NCBI GenBank assembly: GCA_964517435.1
Contig: CAZFEC010000010.1
Location: forward strand, 4,371-68,370
Length of the DNA stretch: 64,000 nt
Direction of reading: 5' to 3'
Source of the DNA: an uncultured Bacteroidia bacterium
GTDB lineage: Bacteria; CAIWAD01; BS150m-G50
This document shows, in pieces, positions 17,928 to 26,526 of this stretch; the stretch's first letter is position 1, and each line of letters starts with the position of its first letter. Below the pieces are notes generated by a model. That model searched no databases and had not been told where the DNA came from. It saw only the letters and a list, made by a program, of their open reading frames with translations. Made by a program: the position numbers and the translations under genes.

Positions 17928-20873
17928 TCACTCCTCCACGATCAACTGGATTGTCTGGTCGCCCTCAGTTGAGCGGGCGCGCCAACTCCCTTTATCCACG
18001 GTGATTTCCACCCCGTCGGCGCTGAACCGCTTCTCCAGCATTTGCGTGCCCTCCTGCTTGAAGGTGACCGCGATGGTTTCGCCGTTCTGCACCCAGAGGT
18101 GGGTCACCTTGCCGAAGCTGTGCTTCTCCTTACTGGTCGGTTCCCCAAGCTGAGTCGCCACCTGGTCGTAGTTCATCTCCAGGGTGATCACGTTGAAAAG
18201 TGCGGCGGTGGCGTCGGTGGCGGTGCAGGAGGTGCCGCTGCAGCCGGCCAGCTCCGCCAGCATCGCCCGGAGATCACTGCCCATCTCGACGGAGGCGGTT
18301 ACCGTCGGGATATCCGGAAGGACCGGCAGTGAAGTATCGTCCTTACCGCTTAACGCTTCGTAGATGTGTTCCTCGACCGGCTGGCCGAGACCGCCCGCGG
18401 AGTGGGTCGTCATGACCAGCTTGTCGCCCTTGAAAACCGCGACTACCGTCTCCCGCGGCCAGAGCAGGAACTTGCGCTGCCAGACCAGCGCCCGGTCGGC
18501 CAGCTCTTCCAGCTCCAGGATCTGATCCGGCTGACCGAAGATGCCGATCAGTTCCGCCTCGCTCATGTCGGTGGTGATCCGCTCGAGGTCGGCGCCCATC
18601 TTGCCACCTGGAGGCGGACTCACCGCCTCCAGCACGGCGGGGGGCGCGGGAGCGGCAGTTCCGACACCAACCGCGGCGGGTGCTGCGACGTGGCTCGCTG
18701 AGGCGGAGGCTTCCACCTCAACACCAGCCGCCACTTGCTTCACGATCACCTCTATCTGGCGGCACAGCGTTGAATCGGAACCGGCTTCCACCGTCAGAGC
18801 CAGGGCGGGATCTATCGCCAGCAGCTGCAGGTCGAGACCTTCCGCCAGCAACAGGGAGTCATCGGTCACGGTCACAAACAGACAGGTCGAATCGCCTGCT
18901 TCGCCCGTGCCGGTGGTCAACACCTTCTTGATCAGCAGATTTTCATTCTCATCCATCAGCAGTGAATCGATATCATGCAGCGCCAGCAGGGACAGCTCGA
19001 GGGGATCGCAGTCATCGGTAATCCACACCTCGCGCAGCAGCCCTTCCTTACCCTCGGCTCCCGGCAGGGAATTGCATTCAGTCGCCAGCAACGTTGACCA
19101 CTCAAGTGTGTCACAATCGTCAGTAATCCACATTTCTTTGATGATTCCTTCACCGGAATCGATCATCACCAGAGAGTCCACACCGGAAAGGATCAGCGTC
19201 TGCAGGCCGGTGTCGTAGACCGCACTGGTCCCACGCGCTTTCTTGATCGCCCATTCGCCGGAGTCGGCCGTCAGGAGGGAGTCGATGTCGGTGCAGATCA
19301 TAGCGTGCGGCGCGTCCGCTTCAAAAGCGGTAGAGATCTGTATCCGTTTCACTACCTGGGTTTTAGCGTCGAAACCGGGGAGTGAATCCTCGCTGACGCA
19401 GATGAACGAAGCCAGACCGGTGGTGTCGACCGCACCGGAGATCGCCAGCTTTCTGAGCATCCGCTCGTCACCGGCGTCCGTCAGCAGCGAATCGACACAG
19501 GTCAGGATCAGCGTGCGCATGTCCCCCTGCTCGGCACCGCTGATCACCAGCGAGTTCAACAACTGGTCGGTCAACTCCTTCCGCAGCAGCGAATCACAAC
19601 CGGCGAGCCGGGAGGCGTCGATCAGCAGGTTGTCGTTCTCCAGCAGCGTGACGGTGACGGCGTGTGTTTCCGGCCCTGCCGTCTCCTCCTCGGTGACCAT
19701 GACCTTTACTCTGACCGGCTCCGCTCTGTCTTCCCCCGCGATGGCGACGGTGCGCTCCTGCCACTCCGGCAGCAGGCGGCTGCCGATCGGTGTGGTCGCG
19801 GCGACCAGGAAGCTGAACGACAAAAGCGCCAGGGTCAGCGTCAGGCGCAGGCGGCCCCAGCCGCGCTGGTCGTGCCGCCGGGTGAGAATCGCTTCGATCC
19901 TGCGTTTAAACAACTTGCGGGTTAAAAGGAAACCAGCCGAGAGTTCCATTTTTAATCTCCTGCGGGGCAGGGTTTCCGCGATCGCGGTCAGCAGGTTGGC
20001 GTAGCGGACCGGATCGGTGGTCGTGTTGACCACGATGTTGTCACATGCCTCCTCCGCCAATCGAGCCAGACGCTGGGTGGCGAGCCAGAGTAACGGGTTG
20101 AAGAACAGCAACGCACGCAGGACGGCGACGGTTGTAAGCAGCAGCGGATCGCGGCGCTTTAGATGCGCCAGCTCGTGCAGGGCAATGCTCTCCAGCTCGC
20201 CCGGTGCGAGACTGCGGGTCAGATCGACCGGCAGCAGCACCACCGGCCGGCGAATGCCGAAGGTCAGCGGCGTCAACACCTGGCCGCTGGTAAGCAGCTC
20301 GAAGTCGTGCCGGTACTCCAGTCTCCGGGCGGCGGCGGCGAACGTCGCCCGCAGGCGGGGATCGGTAACGGAACGTGCTGTCCGGCGCCAGTCCCGCAGG
20401 CGCAACCGGCCCAGTAGCAGGTTGCCGAGAAAGACACAGCTGCCCAGCAACAGCAAGGTGCCACCCAGCGCCCAGGGATGCTGCCAGAGGTCAATGGCGG
20501 GACGGGCGGGAGGTGCCGGCGGCGGCGCGACCAGGGGAGTGACTGCGTTCGTACGTTGTGGTGTGACGATTCGATAGGAATTCGCGCTGACGGTTTGCAC
20601 GGTCCGGGATTGGTAGTCCGGCAGCAGGCGGATCTCCATCTGCGGTGCGCCCAGGCGGTCGCTCACCAGGCTGCTGAGCGGTAGCAGCGGCAGCAGGCCG
20701 ATCACCGCGATCAGCAGCCAGCCGCGAGCGTCGGCTCCAGAACGTTTAAACCACCAGGTAAGCAGCAACGCGCTGCCCAGCACCAGGGCGGACTGCCAGG
20801 TCAGCGACAGCGCCTGTTTGATCAGCAGGTAGCCGGCCCCGTCGGCCCAGTCGAGGAAGGTTGCGATGCTCAT
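17928..20873 (-). CDS. BlaR1/MecR1-family M56 peptidase signal transducer with a long repeat-containing extracytoplasmic C-terminal region
   Basis: N-terminal TM helices. Zinc motif HELAHLKRRD. 4-nt overlap with the upstream blaI-like gene. The C-terminus has repeated DSLL modules and two BamE/SmpA-like segments. Confidence 0.8.
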   Translation of the reverse strand: MSIATFLDWADGAGYLLIKQALSLTWQSALVLGSALLLTWWFKRSGADARGWLLIAVIGLLPLLPLSSLVSDRLGAPQMEIRLLPDYQSRTVQTVSANSYRIVTPQRTNAVTPLVAPPPAPPARPAIDLWQHPWALGGTLLLLGSCVFLGNLLLGRLRLRDWRRTARSVTDPRLRATFAAAARRLEYRHDFELLTSGQVLTPLTFGIRRPVVLLPVDLTRSLAPGELESIALHELAHLKRRDPLLLTTVAVLRALLFFNPLLWLATQRLARLAEEACDNIVVNTTTDPVRYANLLTAIAETLPRRRLKMELSAGFLLTRKLFKRRIEAILTRRHDQRGWGRLRLTLTLALLSFSFLVAATTPIGSRLLPEWQERTVAIAGEDRAEPVRVKVMVTEEETAGPETHAVTVTLLENDNLLIDASRLAGCDSLLRKELTDQLLNSLVISGAEQGDMRTLILTCVDSLLTDAGDERMLRKLAISGAVDTTGLASFICVSEDSLPGFDAKTQVVKRIQISTAFEADAPHAMICTDIDSLLTADSGEWAIKKARGTSAVYDTGLQTLILSGVDSLVMIDSGEGIIKEMWITDDCDTLEWSTLLATECNSLPGAEGKEGLLREVWITDDCDPLELSLLALHDIDSLLMDENENLLIKKVLTTGTGEAGDSTCLFVTVTDDSLLLAEGLDLQLLAIDPALALTVEAGSDSTLCRQIEVIVKQVAAGVEVEASASASHVAAPAAVGVGTAAPAPPAVLEAVSPPPGGKMGADLERITTDMSEAELIGIFGQPDQILELEELADRALVWQRKFLLWPRETVVAVFKGDKLVMTTHSAGGLGQPVEEHIYEALSGKDDTSLPVLPDIPTVTASVEMGSDLRAMLAELAGCSGTSCTATDATAALFNVITLEMNYDQVATQLGEPTSKEKHSFGKVTHLWVQNGETIAVTFKQEGTQMLEKRFSADGVEITVDKGSWRARSTEGDQTIQLIVEE

Positions 20874-21265
20874 TGTTGATCCCGCTTTTCATAGGCGGCG
20901 ATCAGCCGCTTGATTTCCGTCAGCTCCTCTTCCGGCAGTTCCCGCTCGTCGAGCAGGGTGGCGACCAGCCCGGTCACCGAGCCGTCGAAGGCGCGCTTCA
21001 GCAGATCCTGCACGATGCGGCGGTTGGCTTGTGCCCGCACCACCCGCGCCCGGTAGCGGAAACCGCGTCCCTGGCGGACCCGCTCCAGGTGGCCCTTTTC
21101 CAGCAGGATGGAGAGAATCTTGCGTATGCTGCCGTCGGCCAGGTCGCGGCCCTGCAACCGCAGCGCGTTCTGCATCTCTTCGGTGGACATATCCTCGTGT
21201 TCCCAGAGGATACGCATGAACTCCAGTTCGACTTCGGTGAAGGTGGGGGATTTGCGACCCGGCAT
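20870..21265 (-). CDS. BlaI/MecI/CopY-family transcriptional repressor
   Basis: The wHTH N-terminus FTEVELEFMRILWE...MSTEEMQNAL...IRKILSILLEKGHLERV is typical of BlaI. AGGAGG lies 4 nt upstream of ATG 21265. The track start at 21280 is less likely. Confidence 0.85.
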   Translation of the reverse strand: MPGRKSPTFTEVELEFMRILWEHEDMSTEEMQNALRLQGRDLADGSIRKILSILLEKGHLERVRQGRGFRYRARVVRAQANRRIVQDLLKRAFDGSVTGLVATLLDERELPEEELTEIKRLIAAYEKRDQQ

Positions 21266-21295
21266 GACGCCTCCTAGCATGTTTGTCTCAATATG

Positions 21296-21311
21296 CGAGA
21301 ATCAATTCTCG
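21296..21311. promoter_or_regulatory. Perfect 16-bp palindrome upstream of blaI-like gene (candidate operator)
   Basis: CGAGAAT-CA-ATTCTCG at 21296-21311. An extra GATTCTCG half-site lies at 21359-21366. Confidence 0.45.
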
Positions 21312-21498
21312 TGAGAGTTTATCAAACAGGAGGAGGGTTGTCAAGGAAAAAGAGAAAAGATTCTCGGAAAAGTGGGAGGGAGAATAGCTGGAGGATTTGG
21401 GTTACAAGATAAAATGGCTGAAACGCCTGAGGTTCAAATGGATGCTCAAAGCCTGGCTTGACGGAGTATACATATATGTTGGGTCAATTTCCCTTAAC

Positions 21499-21667
21499 GT
21501 CATTCCCGCGAAAGCGGGAATCCAGGGCCGTTTAAGAAAAGAGGCGCTATTGTAACCGCATTAACGAGCATTGGTATAAATCCCCGCCCCTGAAGCGAAA
21601 CCTGTCGGTTTCGAATGCGGTTTCGTACGCTGCTTCGTATCCGGTTTCGTGACGCGCGGGAATGACG
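21499..21667. repeat. REP/MITE-like palindromic repeat, cluster A
   Basis: GTCATTCCCGCGAAAGCGGGAATCCAG at 21499-21525 and the inverted half CGCGGGAATGACG at 21655-21667. The internal segment CCCCGCCCCTGAAGCGAAACC... resembles 29692-29780. Confidence 0.7.
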
Positions 21668-21677
21668 TACCTTTGCC

Positions 21678-24029
21678 TCAGCTCCTCTCCCCTCCCTTAT
21701 CCAAAATCGCCAGGGCGACCTTCTCCGCCGTGATCGGCATCGACTTGATCCTGATCCCGGTGGCGCGCGCCACCGCGTTGGCCACCAGCGAGGCGGCCGG
21801 AATCATGGTGTGTTCGCCGACCCCCCGCGCTCCGAACGGTCCGTCCGGCTGGGGTACTTCGACGATGATCGGCACCGTCTGGTCGGGGATGTCCATGGCG
21901 GTGGGGATCTTGTAGTCGGTGAAGTTGGGATTGAGCAGCCGGCCCCGCTCGTCGAAGCGCATCTCTTCGTAGAGTGCGGTGGCGAAACCCTGCAGCAGGC
22001 CGCCGGTCACCTGACCCTCCACCAGGTCGGGATTGATCGCCCGCCCCGCGTCCACGGCCAGCGTGGCCTTCAGAATCTTCATCTTACCGGTCGCGGTGTC
22101 GATCTCCAGCACCACGCCCCCGGCGCCGACGGTGTAGTGGACATTGGGATGCCCGCCCTGACTGGTCTCCGGGTCGCTGAGCGCGCTGGTGAATTCCGGC
22201 ATGAACATGCCGCTGCCGACGATCGGACCGCCCCGGAAGGTGCCGTCCTCCAGCTGGATGCCCTGTATCACCACATCCTTCAGGGGTATCGCAAACTCCG
22301 CGTCCCGACGGCAGCGAACCGCCTCCTCCTCCAGATAGAGCTCCTCCACCGGGAACCCATGCACCCGCTGCACCAGCTCGAAGATCCTGTCGCGGGCTTC
22401 CTCAGCGGCCCGTATCACGGCATTACCACAACCCCAGGTGACATGGGAAGCCACCGTCTGCCATTCGTAGGGATTGCGGTCGGTGTCGGGCGTCTCCACG
22501 CGGATCTTCTCCGGCGGCACGGTGAGGATCTCGGCGGCGAGTTGCGCCATCACGGTCAGGTAGCCCTGGCCGATTTCCATACCTGATACGAGGAGGTTGA
22601 GGCTGCCGTCCTCATTGAACTTCAGAAATGCGGTAGAGGAGGCGTTGGGGGGCATCGCCGGCGCTTTCCAGAACAGGGTGACCGCTTTGCCCACCACCTT
22701 GCCCGGGGCGGAGGGCTGTTCCTCCTGCTCCCATTCAATTTCAGCGGCCACCCGGTCGATCGCCTCCCGGAGGCCGTTGGCGTTCATCCTGGCGCCATAG
22801 GCCAGGGTGTCGTTTTCGCTGATGGCGTTCAGCCGGCGCAGCTCCACCGGGTCCAGCTTCAACTCCTGCGCCAGGCGGTCGATGTGCGACTCCAGCCCGA
22901 AGTTGAACTCCGAATAGCCGAAACCGCGATAGGGGCCGCCCGGCGGCAGGTTGGTGTAGATGCAGAGCGAGTCGATCGCCACATGGGGGATGCGATAGGG
23001 CCCGGTGGCGGATAGACCGACGGCGTTTACCACGTTGGCGCCGTATTCCACGTAGGCACCCGCGTCCCACTCCAGGACATGCTCGATGGCGGTCAGGGTG
23101 CCGTCCCGCCTGGCGCCCAGCTTGACTCGCGCCGTTACCCCCTGGCGCTGGTAGGTGTTGTAGAACTCCTGCTCCCGGCTCCAGCGCACCTTCACCGGAT
23201 GGCCCTTGACGGCGGTGGCGAGCGCGGCGCCGAGGATCTCCATCGAAACGCCCGCCTTGCCGCCGAAGCCGCCGCCCACGTAGGGAGTGACGACACGGAT
23301 ATCCTGGTGCCGGAGCCCCAGCGGCGCCAGGGCCTCGGCGAAGAGATGGCGCTGGGTGTGCGGCGATTGCGAGGCGGACCAGAGGGTGAGCCTTCCGGAA
23401 TTATCCAGTTTACCGACGATGACATGCGGCTCGATGGCGCAGTGGGCGTAGCGCGGTACCTGGTAGGTGTCCTCGAGTACCACATCCGCTTCCGCGAAAC
23501 CCTGGGCGACGTCCCCTTTGCGGGTCTTGCGGAAGTGGGCGATGTTGGTGCCGCTCCGGGGGAAGAACCAGGGCACATGGGGATAGTCGCCCAGGTCGGG
23601 GTGGATCAGCGCCGCATCTCCAGCGAGCGCGTCCGCCGCGTTGAGGATCGGGGGCAGCTCCTCATAGTCGACCTCCACCAGCGACGCCGCGCGTTTGGCC
23701 GCGTGCGGGTCACGGGCGATGACCGCCGCCACCTGCTCCCCCACGAACCGTACCCGGTCCTGGGCGAAGATGTGCCGGTCCTTCATGTAGAGACCGAACC
23801 GGTAGGGGAAGTCCGCGCCGGTCACCACCTTTACCACGCCGGGTGCCTTGGCGGCCGCCGTGGTGTCGATGCCCTTGATCAGGGCGTTGGCGTGGGGACT
23901 CTCGACGATCTCCGCGTAGAGCAGATCGGGACCGAATTCCAGGTCGTCCACGAACTGCGCGGCGCCGGTGACCTTCTCCAGGCCGTCGATGCGGCTGACC
24001 GGTTTGCCTACGAATCGCTGTTCCTGCAT
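21678..24029 (-). CDS. Xanthine dehydrogenase / aldehyde oxidase family molybdopterin-binding large subunit
   Basis: 783 aa. N-terminus VGKPVSRIDGLEKVTGAAQFVDD. GGGFGGK motif. C-terminal ARGVGEHTMIPAA. It follows the 2Fe-2S and FAD subunit genes. Confidence 0.9.
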   Translation of the reverse strand: MQEQRFVGKPVSRIDGLEKVTGAAQFVDDLEFGPDLLYAEIVESPHANALIKGIDTTAAAKAPGVVKVVTGADFPYRFGLYMKDRHIFAQDRVRFVGEQVAAVIARDPHAAKRAASLVEVDYEELPPILNAADALAGDAALIHPDLGDYPHVPWFFPRSGTNIAHFRKTRKGDVAQGFAEADVVLEDTYQVPRYAHCAIEPHVIVGKLDNSGRLTLWSASQSPHTQRHLFAEALAPLGLRHQDIRVVTPYVGGGFGGKAGVSMEILGAALATAVKGHPVKVRWSREQEFYNTYQRQGVTARVKLGARRDGTLTAIEHVLEWDAGAYVEYGANVVNAVGLSATGPYRIPHVAIDSLCIYTNLPPGGPYRGFGYSEFNFGLESHIDRLAQELKLDPVELRRLNAISENDTLAYGARMNANGLREAIDRVAAEIEWEQEEQPSAPGKVVGKAVTLFWKAPAMPPNASSTAFLKFNEDGSLNLLVSGMEIGQGYLTVMAQLAAEILTVPPEKIRVETPDTDRNPYEWQTVASHVTWGCGNAVIRAAEEARDRIFELVQRVHGFPVEELYLEEEAVRCRRDAEFAIPLKDVVIQGIQLEDGTFRGGPIVGSGMFMPEFTSALSDPETSQGGHPNVHYTVGAGGVVLEIDTATGKMKILKATLAVDAGRAINPDLVEGQVTGGLLQGFATALYEEMRFDERGRLLNPNFTDYKIPTAMDIPDQTVPIIVEVPQPDGPFGARGVGEHTMIPAASLVANAVARATGIRIKSMPITAEKVALAILDKGGERS

Positions 24030-24040
24030 TGCTCGCTCAA

Positions 24041-24156
24041 TTGTTTACGATGCCCAAACAGTGCCTAGGGCTGCTATCATGTTGCACCCCTTCAGGGTGC
24101 TCACTCTATTGTCTACGATACCCAAGGCTGCACCCTGGGCTGGCATGTTGCACCCC
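24041..24156. repeat. Imperfect tandem duplication (~50 nt units) inside the 191-nt spacer between the small and large subunit genes
   Basis: Unit 1 at 24041-24090 (TTGTTTACGATGCCCAAA...CATGTTGCACCCC). Unit 2 at 24109-24156 (TTGTCTACGATACCCAAG...CATGTTGCACCCC). GCACCC/GGGTGC hairpin at 24084-24100. Confidence 0.5.
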
Positions 24157-24220
24157 GTTCCAAAGCGAAGCCCCGTACTTCGTACGCAGCCTCGCAGCGG
24201 GGCGCCCCCTCGATTATCCG

Positions 24221-24709
24221 TCACTTCCCCGCCGCCAGCACGGCGTCGATGATCTGCCGATAGCCGGTGCAGCGGCAGAGGTTCCCGGCGATCGCCTCCC
24301 GGACCTCCTCCTCCGTGGGGTGCGGATTACGCTCGAGCAATTCCGTGGTGGCCAGGACGATGCCGGGAGTGCAGAAGCCGCACTGGAAGGCGTTGCGGGC
24401 GACGAAGGACTCCTGCAGCGGCGTCGGCTCCTCGCGGGAGAGGTACTCGACTGTCTTGATTTCCGCGCCATCCGCTTCCACCGCCAGGATCAGACAACTC
24501 CGGACGCTGCGGCCGTTGAACAGAACCGTACAGGCGCCGCAATCGCCCCGTTCGCAACCGATCTTGGGACTCTTGATCCCCAGCCTGTCGCGCAGTACAT
24601 CGAGCAGGATCTCATGCGGCCACACATCGACCGTGCGGGATTCACCGTTCAGCGTCAGGGTGATGCTGTGGCGTCCCTGCGGTGGCGTTTCCAGTTTCTT
24701 TTGCGTCAT
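24221..24709 (-). CDS. (2Fe-2S)-binding small subunit of the XDH-family enzyme
   Basis: GCERGDCGACTV and CGFCTPG motifs and NLCRCTGY, the standard CoxS/XdhC-type pattern. Confidence 0.9.
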   Translation of the reverse strand: MTQKKLETPPQGRHSITLTLNGESRTVDVWPHEILLDVLRDRLGIKSPKIGCERGDCGACTVLFNGRSVRSCLILAVEADGAEIKTVEYLSREEPTPLQESFVARNAFQCGFCTPGIVLATTELLERNPHPTEEEVREAIAGNLCRCTGYRQIIDAVLAAGK

Positions 24710-24721
24710 GATGCCACTCTC

Positions 24722-25618
24722 CTATATCAACGGCGTTCCCAGGGCCGGTCCCGCGCCCGCCAGCCTGTCGGCGGCCGCCAGCAGGCCCCGCTCCAGCATC
24801 AGCTTTACCATGTGCAGGCGGTATTCCCGGGTGGCGCGGATGTCGGTGATGGGCGAAATCTCCTCCGGGACCAACTCCCGGGTGGCCACCAGCTGCTCCG
24901 CGCTGAGGGTTTTACCCGCCAGCAGGCTTTCGATACGGCGTCCCCGCACCGGTGTGGGCGCCACCGCTCCGAAAGCGATCCGGTACTCGTCACCGGTCAG
25001 CGCCAGGACGGCTACACTGGCCTGGGCCAGATCCTCTCCCTGGTAGCGGCCCAGCCGCGCCCAGGCGCCGCCGTGCTTTTCCCCCGGCCGCGGCACCAGG
25101 ATACCGGTCACCAGTTCGCCGCACGCCAGGGCGGTCTGCTTGGGACCGGTGAACCAGTCGGTGATGGGAATGACGCGCTCACCCCGCGGTCCCTGCACCA
25201 GCACCTCCGCCTCGTAAACCAGCAGCACGGGGCCGCCATCGCAGGAGGGCACGGCGGAACAGATGTTGCCCGCCAGGGTGGCGCGGTTACGCAGACCATT
25301 GGAAGCCACGGTGCGGGACATCTCCCCCAGCAGCGGAAACTTTTCCATCACCAGGTCCGATTCGATCAGCTGGTTAAAAGTGACCAGCGCCCCGATCCGG
25401 AGCCCGTCCTCCCTCTCTTCAAGCTGGTCCAGCCCTGCCAGCGCCTTGATGTCCACCAGGACCCGCGGATCATCCAGGCCGTCCCGCAGCCAGGCGACCA
25501 GGTCGGTGCCGCCGGCCAGCACCCGGGCCGCGTCGCCGTGCTCGGCCAGCAGCTCCACCGCCGCCGGCAGGCTCTGCGGTTTGTAGTATGCGAATTCACC
25601 CGCGATAGCCATCTCCAC
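24722..25618 (-). CDS. FAD-binding medium subunit of the XDH-family enzyme
   Basis: LAGGTDLV motif, ATLAGNI motif, about 298 aa, CoxM-like arrangement. Confidence 0.85.
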   Translation of the reverse strand: MEMAIAGEFAYYKPQSLPAAVELLAEHGDAARVLAGGTDLVAWLRDGLDDPRVLVDIKALAGLDQLEEREDGLRIGALVTFNQLIESDLVMEKFPLLGEMSRTVASNGLRNRATLAGNICSAVPSCDGGPVLLVYEAEVLVQGPRGERVIPITDWFTGPKQTALACGELVTGILVPRPGEKHGGAWARLGRYQGEDLAQASVAVLALTGDEYRIAFGAVAPTPVRGRRIESLLAGKTLSAEQLVATRELVPEEISPITDIRATREYRLHMVKLMLERGLLAAADRLAGAGPALGTPLI

Positions 25619-25659
25619 TCCCGCTCGTTATCGATCCATACTGCGCAGTGCGTCCTCGT

Positions 25660-26481
25660 CTAACGGCCGGGCGGCAGCATCGCCACGATCCGACACATCG
25701 ACGATTCCAGCTCGATCCCTTTCAAGGGGAAGCAGCCGATCCAAACCCGCTTGTTGTTGAGCTTGTCGATATCGCCGCCCAGGTTCTCCGCGTGCACCAG
25801 CTTCCTCGGGAACAGCTTCAGATGCATGACCTGATAGTAGGTCTCCTGCGGGAACAGCTCGTCCCACTTCCTGCCGTACTTCGCAAACAGTTTGGCTTCC
25901 GCTTTTTCGAACAGCTCCGGGTGCCAGTTGCGGATGATCGTGTTCATCGGATGGTCAGCGCTGCCGCAATCGACGCCGATCCAGTTCAACTTCATCTTCA
26001 GCGCCCACTTGTGGAACTCCGGATCGGGTCCCGGATGCTTGACGAAGTAACGGATCTCATCCGATCTGGGCTGATCCCAGCCGTACTTGTGGTAGCCGGT
26101 GTTGATGATCAGGATGTCCCCCTTCTTCACCTCCACCTTGCTGGTGATCATCTCCGGCGAATAGAGATCGTAATCGCCCACTTCCTGCGAGATGTCGACC
26201 ACCACGCCGGGACCGACCCACTCCTTCAGCGGCACCTGGCCGATGGTGCGGCCGCTGGCGTGGAAATGGATCTCGCCGTCCATGTGCGTGCCGACATGAT
26301 TGCTGGTAGTGATGATCTGGCCGTTGGCACCCTGTCCCATGTGGGCGCCGGCGATACGCTTGAAATACTGGATCCCCAGCGGCATGTAACTCGGCCAGGG
26401 CGGGGTGTGCACGCTGAGGTCCTGGGTCAGGTCGTAGAGTTTGACCCGGTCCATGAACTTGAGGAATTCTACGGTCTTCAT
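25660..26481 (-). CDS. Putative cyclase / arylformamidase-family metal hydrolase
   Basis: HVGTHMDGEIHF matches the HxGTHxDxPxH-type motif of the cyclase family. GGAG lies 6 nt upstream of ATG 26481. The track start 26526 is an alternative. Confidence 0.7.
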   Translation of the reverse strand: MKTVEFLKFMDRVKLYDLTQDLSVHTPPWPSYMPLGIQYFKRIAGAHMGQGANGQIITTSNHVGTHMDGEIHFHASGRTIGQVPLKEWVGPGVVVDISQEVGDYDLYSPEMITSKVEVKKGDILIINTGYHKYGWDQPRSDEIRYFVKHPGPDPEFHKWALKMKLNWIGVDCGSADHPMNTIIRNWHPELFEKAEAKLFAKYGRKWDELFPQETYYQVMHLKLFPRKLVHAENLGGDIDKLNNKRVWIGCFPLKGIELESSMCRIVAMLPPGR

Positions 26482-26526
26482 TTTGATCTCCAGGGCTTGA
26501 GTGACGCGGGGTGCCGCGGCACGCAT

